Below the pieces are notes generated by a model, which was not told where the DNA came from, ran no database searches, and saw only the letters and a program-made list of their open reading frames with translations. The translations under genes were made by a program, and so were the position numbers. A stretch of 64,000 nt of DNA from the human T2T-CHM13v2.0 reference genome, Homo sapiens, in the NCBI RefSeq assembly GCF_009914755.1, contig NC_060931.1; one strand, given 5' to 3'. Numbering within the stretch: position 1 is the stretch's first letter; every line of letters starts with the position of its first letter. Below, piece after piece: positions 57,883-64,000 of the stretch.

Positions 57883-60517
57883 GTAAGTGCCACCAGATAC
57901 ATCTATATATTAACTCAATAAATGAGGTTAGTTTAATTACTGTATGCATTGATGCTTTCTCTCTATATTCTTTTGGCCAAAAGGCAAAGTGATTTTCTCT
58001 TAAGTCTGGATTGCCGGGTAATTTTTTGGGGCATGGGACCCATTTCTCATTCAGCAGGTCTGGTGCCAGACAATAAGTAAACTTATCCTTAATATTGGAG
58101 TTTACCATTTGTAAAATAAGAGTGACTAAACATATTTATAACATTGTAATAATCATTAAATGAAAATTGCTATGTAAATGTTGAGACTGTTATTTTGGAT
58201 AATTAAGAGTTGGTTTAATTTGTATTTATTTCCTCTTTTCAGCCCCCAAAGCATTATGTAGTAAGTGTATACATGATCCTAAGACCATGTGAGGTACTTT
58301 CAAATATCTATACAAAGCATCTCAAGAGTTTGTCTTAGATCTATTTTTCTACTTTTTATAATTTGGTTATGGGGAGTGGGGTGTTTTCCTCTTGGTTGAT
58401 TGCCCTTACTCTTCCCAAAAATAAGACAAACAAAAGTTGTTTCTACTTGTGTTTTATTTGCATGTACCTTCTCTAAATGTATGGGAAAATCTTTTGATCT
58501 TAGAGCATATGCAATAACTGAATCAAATGCTGACCATCATAATTTGACAATTTACAAGTTTACATAATTAAGTTAGTTTTCCTCTTGTTAGTGTAAGCAG
58601 TTTTAAATAATAGAATAGACGTGCATATATGTATATATACATATGTATAATCACATACATCTGCATAAATACATACGTAAATATATATATTCTTTGGTCA
58701 TCCATATTAGGAGCCTACTCATTGAAACTTTTACAAATTTTAATGTAAGTGAGTGGTTACAAATTATATTAATTATAGCCTATTTTAGTTTTACCTATGG
58801 CAGGAAAACTGATGTGCACGGTTTGCATTGTTGTCTAAATGCTGTAGCAGGGACTTTAATCCAACATGAGCTTAAATAAAGTACTTGCTCATTGATCACC
58901 TTACCATAGCTGTTCTTACTAGTTGACTTTTTAAGTTAAAGATTATATGTGAGAGCATCAGATATTATAGTATGCATCATTCCAAACTACAGGCTACAAA
59001 ACTTGCCAAGGTATCTCCCAACTTGATATTAACGACTAATGAATATTACTACTACCATGATGGCAATATCATTATTTAGTATTTCTTATGACCTGCCTCA
59101 TGGCCTGGGTATAATCATCTTTCTTATTGCCTTTATTTAGCATTGTTTTTCAAAATCAGGTTATTTTTTAATGGAATGTGAGCTCTAAGTCTTATAGAAA
59201 GGCGAGTATCAAAGTAACTGACCATGATTTTAACTATGCCATATCACGCTACACCATTGCATGGCAACCATCACCAAAGTTCCTCACAATGAGCTACCCA
59301 GAAAATGACACCTTTAGCCATACAACATTGATCATGTTGGCCAACACCATATGTGAATTGATTGAAATATGGCATATAAAAAAATCTCTTCTACCTTTAT
59401 TTATGCATTTTGAGTATGAAGTATATTGAACACATTCACTTAATTTTGTTACCTTGGTTTAATTATGCTACTCTAATTTCGTACCTAAAACAATTTCTCA
59501 GGAGTTTGCAAAAAATTATTACTTTTACCCATTTATTTTTACACTGTTTCCTATTTTATTCGCTATGCCAAAGCTTTAAACTTTCTGAATTTTTTTGTTC
59601 TTTTTTATTTTGGAGAAACTTATTGCATATGAAAGAAACAGATTAAATATGTATTTTCTCCATAAGTGATTTCTGAGTGATCCTGTTAGACTGACTCTAT
59701 ATTGGCACAAAGTATAATATTCTTCTATCATTTGTTGTATTTTCACATTTGTACTAAATAATAAATATTATTAAAACTTAAAATTTCTATTTATTTAAAG
59801 GACCGGGACACTATTGAACGTTGTAATAATGAGATGCTTGTTTGGATACACCATTAAATCTCCATGGATGCCTCAGTCTCTTAAGGCATTTTGTATAGTA
59901 ATGATGTGTTAGTAAAAGATGGTATTTGATTTGATGTTTTGATATGCTATGCCTCTTAAAAACTAAGGGTTACAAACTTAGGTAGATTATTCCCTATTAT
60001 TTCTACCAAAAATTCCTGCATCAAAAACCTGTTCCTCCAAAGTTTGGGATTATCCTATTTTTTATAAAGAAAAGATTGGTTCTCTTAGGAGTTACTCTTT
60101 CTGATCTGAAAGGCTGCAATGGCATTTTTATCCACAGATTTACAATTTAGTATTGAAATTACATTGTCTTAAATATTGTTTCTTTGGTAAATATATCCCA
60201 ATGAAAGTCTTGACAATAATACTATCTTGTGGCTTGGTAAAACAGATTTGGTGCCTACAAGATTAGTGAATTTTATTATTTGTGTGACTAATATAGATGT
60301 AAGTGGCTTTTGAGTTTGCTGCTTATTTCATGGTTTTTATTAATACCACTTCATTCTGTTAATCATGTTATTTTATTAGCTTGGTAACTGTAATGTAGCC
60401 TATTTAATAATTCTATTATTATTTAGGATAAACTGTTTACTAAATATTGTATTGCTTTTTGCTTTTGTTAAAAAGAAATGAAAAAGATAATTTATAATTG
60501 CTGTCATTCTTTGATAG

Positions 60518-60522
<5 letters not shown>

Positions 60523-60548
<26 letters not shown>

Positions 60549-60829
60549 TTGAGGTGGAGTCTTGCTCTGTCACCCAGGCTGGAATGCAGTGGTGCAATCT
60601 TGGCCTGCTGCACCCTCCACCTCCTGGGTTCAAGCGATTCTCCTGCCTCAGCCTCCTGAGTAGCTGAGATTACAGGCATGCGCCACCACACCCAGCTAAT
60701 TTTGTATTTTTAGTAGAGACGGGGTTTCACCATGTGGGCCAGGCTGGTCTCGAACTCCTGACCTCGTGATCCACCCACCTCAGCCTCCCAAAGTGCTGGG
60801 ATCACAGGCGTGAGCCACCGCACCTGGCC
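60523..60829 (-). mobile_element. AluS with (AT)n tail
   Basis: Full dimer; TSD agatttca. Confidence 0.9.
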
Positions 60830-63800
60830 AGATTTCAAATATTTAAATCAGTTTCCCTGAAGAAAAACTCAGTCTTCCAAATAGTGCCTTTAACTTCCTA
60901 AATGTGATAAAACTATGCATTTAAATTAATAATTTGCTTACATTATTCTTTGTACCTTTTAATTACACTTGTGTACAAAAGTATCACCATAAACTATGCT
61001 CATTAAGTATTATTTCAAATTGTCGTTTAAAAAAATGTGTAAGTTTGCGTTCAGAAATTAATTTAAATTTATCAAGGAGCCTTTTTAATGTTAAAAAGGA
61101 ATGTATATTCTTTTAAAAGACTTCTTAGTTACATTTATGAATAAATAATTTCATAAATATATTTATCTTATTGTTACTAAGATAATTATGTTTATTTCTC
61201 ATATAAAGATAAAGCTAATTAACATACAGCTCTGGAGGGATTATTTAAGTACATGTTTTAGGGCCTCGATAATTATATGTGTTAGATTTAAATGCATGAT
61301 GAATTAAATCCACAGTTTTCTTGTTACTGTGTGCTTTCAGTTGTATAACAATTGTCTTAAGTCACCATACATCTGTCCTCACTCTACCTGTACCATCCTT
61401 CCTATTAGTGTTATTACATTATTATATGCAGAATTATAGTTTGAAGCAGTTGCGGTCTACATTGCTTTTATTTCGTGCACTGTGAAACTTGGCTTATCTT
61501 CAAACAATTAAATAAGCCTTGCTTGCTCACCTACATCAGTGTTGCTTTTTTGTGTTATAGAAAATTAATGTGTTCCTAATGTGTTTTTTTTAATTTAACA
61601 TTACATGTGTCCCAAAACAAAACCAGAATGAGTCAACAGTTTTTGTTCAGTTATTACAAAAATGTGAATTCTAAGTGTTCACTCAAAACAAAAAATACTG
61701 ATAGTTCTTCACTATCTGACTTTTTTCTAGCCTTTATGGAGTCTATTTTGATGAAGGGAGATGATTCTATAAGCCAGTATAATTTTTGAACTATTTAATA
61801 TATTGGTAGTGCCTGACTCAAACCAGTGGTTACTAAAATATCAGTTATTACTTGTGAGAAAGCAGCAGGTTTAGGGGTACCCAATATGAGAGCTTGTGCC
61901 CATCAGCAGAGCTAAACTTTGAGTTCAGGATGTTGAATTCACAGTTCCAGAATTATGGCTTCAAAATCTTTAGGAAGATAGAAACAATCTTCCAAATTAT
62001 TTTATTTCAAAATTGTTATGAAGAGACTCAGCAAAAGACTTCTGGATTCTAAGAAATAGAGGTATTGAAGTATTCCTGGGAATTTCAGTCAGTTCAAATG
62101 ATCTCAGTCCAGTTGGAAACCAGAATAAAGAGCCTTCAAGGTGGTTTTATATGCAGTAATATGAATGTGCTAACACTTGGGGGTGCTCACCCATGAGAGT
62201 GCCAAGGAGACGTGCCTAGGCCTACACATGTTTTCCCAGAGCCAAGGAGGCCCAAAGAAAAAGTCTTGCTTTTATTACAGTAAACAGCAATCCAATTATA
62301 AGTCATTAATATTCTTTAGGGGATGTGATTGGATTAAAACCCTGTATTGTAATTTACTAGAATAGAAACCATAATCCCTATAGTTAGTTGATGCTCTGGT
62401 AAAATGATAAAAATAAGTCTAATGCAATACACACTAAAAATATTAAAGAAAAAGGGAAATAAATCCTCAATGTGATAGTTATACATACCCTTCCCCAACC
62501 CTTATTACGATTAAATAAGAAAATTATATTTGCCCATTAAAAGTATGAAGTTAGGTGGAGTTAGACCATTTTTTAAAAATTTTGAACACCTTCTTAGGCA
62601 TGTTGAAACAAATGGAAAATACTTGATATTTTTGTATAGCCTCTTGGCAGAGGAAAAGCCTACAGTATGTGTACCACTAATAAGTATTTGATTATGATTT
62701 GCCATTATGAGCATTAAATATTTCAACAGTCTATGAAAAAGAGTGGCTACACTTCAAATTATTTTCAATAAAACTAGGTATTGTCTAATGGGCTTAATTT
62801 GAAGATTTTTTATATGCATGAACTTCTTTAGTCATAGCTTTTAGAAAATCATAAGGAAGGTCATTTGTCTGTCACAGTTTAGTTGCATCTCATTTTTAAA
62901 TTCAAATGTATTAATTTGCATGGCGATTACAAAGACACAAGTGTTTGAGATGATTGAAATCACTTTAGTTTGGAAACGTAAAGAATAAAGAGCATGAAGA
63001 ACAGACAGTGAGGAAAGGATTTCATAGGAAGAGAAATAGAACTGGGAGACCACTAATGATCAAAATAAAATTTCCAAAGTCCTTCATGGTTAGTTTTAAC
63101 GAGAAAAAAAGTGAGAATTAAAAGTAAGATTGTGATTGTTTCTAGTGAGTACTTTCCTTTTTAAATTACAGGAGTTGTTTAGGGTAAGTAATTTTGAAAC
63201 AGCTAAGTTGTCAAGAGTATGAACTTTATCTGAATCTTCTTGGAAGCTAGGCATGCTTAATAGATTTTACATAAATTCTCATTTTATGGTTTTCAATATA
63301 TTAATACCCAGCAGTCTTGGTAAAAAATAAACGCAAGAAACTTTGTATTGGAAAACAGACCTGGGTATGATCAACATTTAATGTTGGTTCAGTTATACCT
63401 TGAAATTTCTATAGAGTATGCATTTCCTTTGAGGACATAAAACATAGAACATAAGCAGCATTAGGATAGTGCAGAGCATAAATTTTGGCGATAGCCTGAG
63501 ATTCCATAAAGGCATGGGAGTTTGAAGAACATCATTATAATAATGCTCAAACCTCACAGTTACTTTGTCTACCATTTTCCTAATGACCCAGGCAGCTCAG
63601 ACCAAGACTAAAGAAAAATTCTCTGGCCGCTCAGTAACGTGGTAGAGTGGCTAGATTCCTTCTTAGGAGAGAAAGAACCAGCTTAGTCTTTCCTGACATT
63701 CCCTGACAGGTCCTGTTTTAGAACTGAGATATATGTTGATTCTGATTTGTTGGGACAAACAGACGTGAATGATTGTGGTCATCAGATTCTTTAAGTAGAC

Positions 63801-64000
63801 AGCATTAGCTGAGTTTCCCTGGGGAGAATGCACAAGATTCACTCTGTTAGTTCTTCTTGCTGACAGCAAGGCTGGAACCTGCTGGAAAACACTCTTCATT
63901 TTACCTGGTGCAGCACCCAGTATAGAAATAGGTATGAGGCCAGATTTGAGGAGTAAAGATAATTATTTGTCCCTCAGTCAAAATAGAAACTTAAGGAAGA

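Overview
Human (primate) genomic DNA, AT-rich and repeat-dense. It lies entirely inside PTPRZ1 (receptor-type tyrosine phosphatase zeta / phosphacan, 7q31) on the + strand. The window holds the distal ~28 kb of intron 2 and coding exons 3-10, which all have GT-AG boundaries, join into one 1116-nt frame, and encode most of the catalytically dead carbonic-anhydrase-like domain plus the fibronectin type III domain. It ends in intron 10. The introns contain an antisense processed HMGN2 pseudogene with target-site duplications (TSDs), about 20 Alus, a 5'-truncated L1PA, a twin-primed (5'-inverted) older L1, ERV1 and MaLR solo LTRs, and MER5, MIR and L2 relics. Nearly all ORFs in the supplied track are Alu/L1 or chance ORFs. 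The least expected signals are: (1) at least five short locally templated copies in introns 2-3 (56, ~92, ~90 and 229 bp direct, 33 bp inverted), one flanked by a 22-bp duplication; (2) an 83-nt hairpin fully paired in the sense RNA with a bipartite QKI-type motif in its loop; (3) a candidate HMG-box enhancer whose TCF/LEF site was doubled by a 19-bp tandem duplication; (4) a strong CTCF motif in intron 8; and (5) a cryptic poison acceptor before exon 6. No new gene system can be demonstrated from the sequence alone. Repeat subfamily names are from recognition, not alignment.
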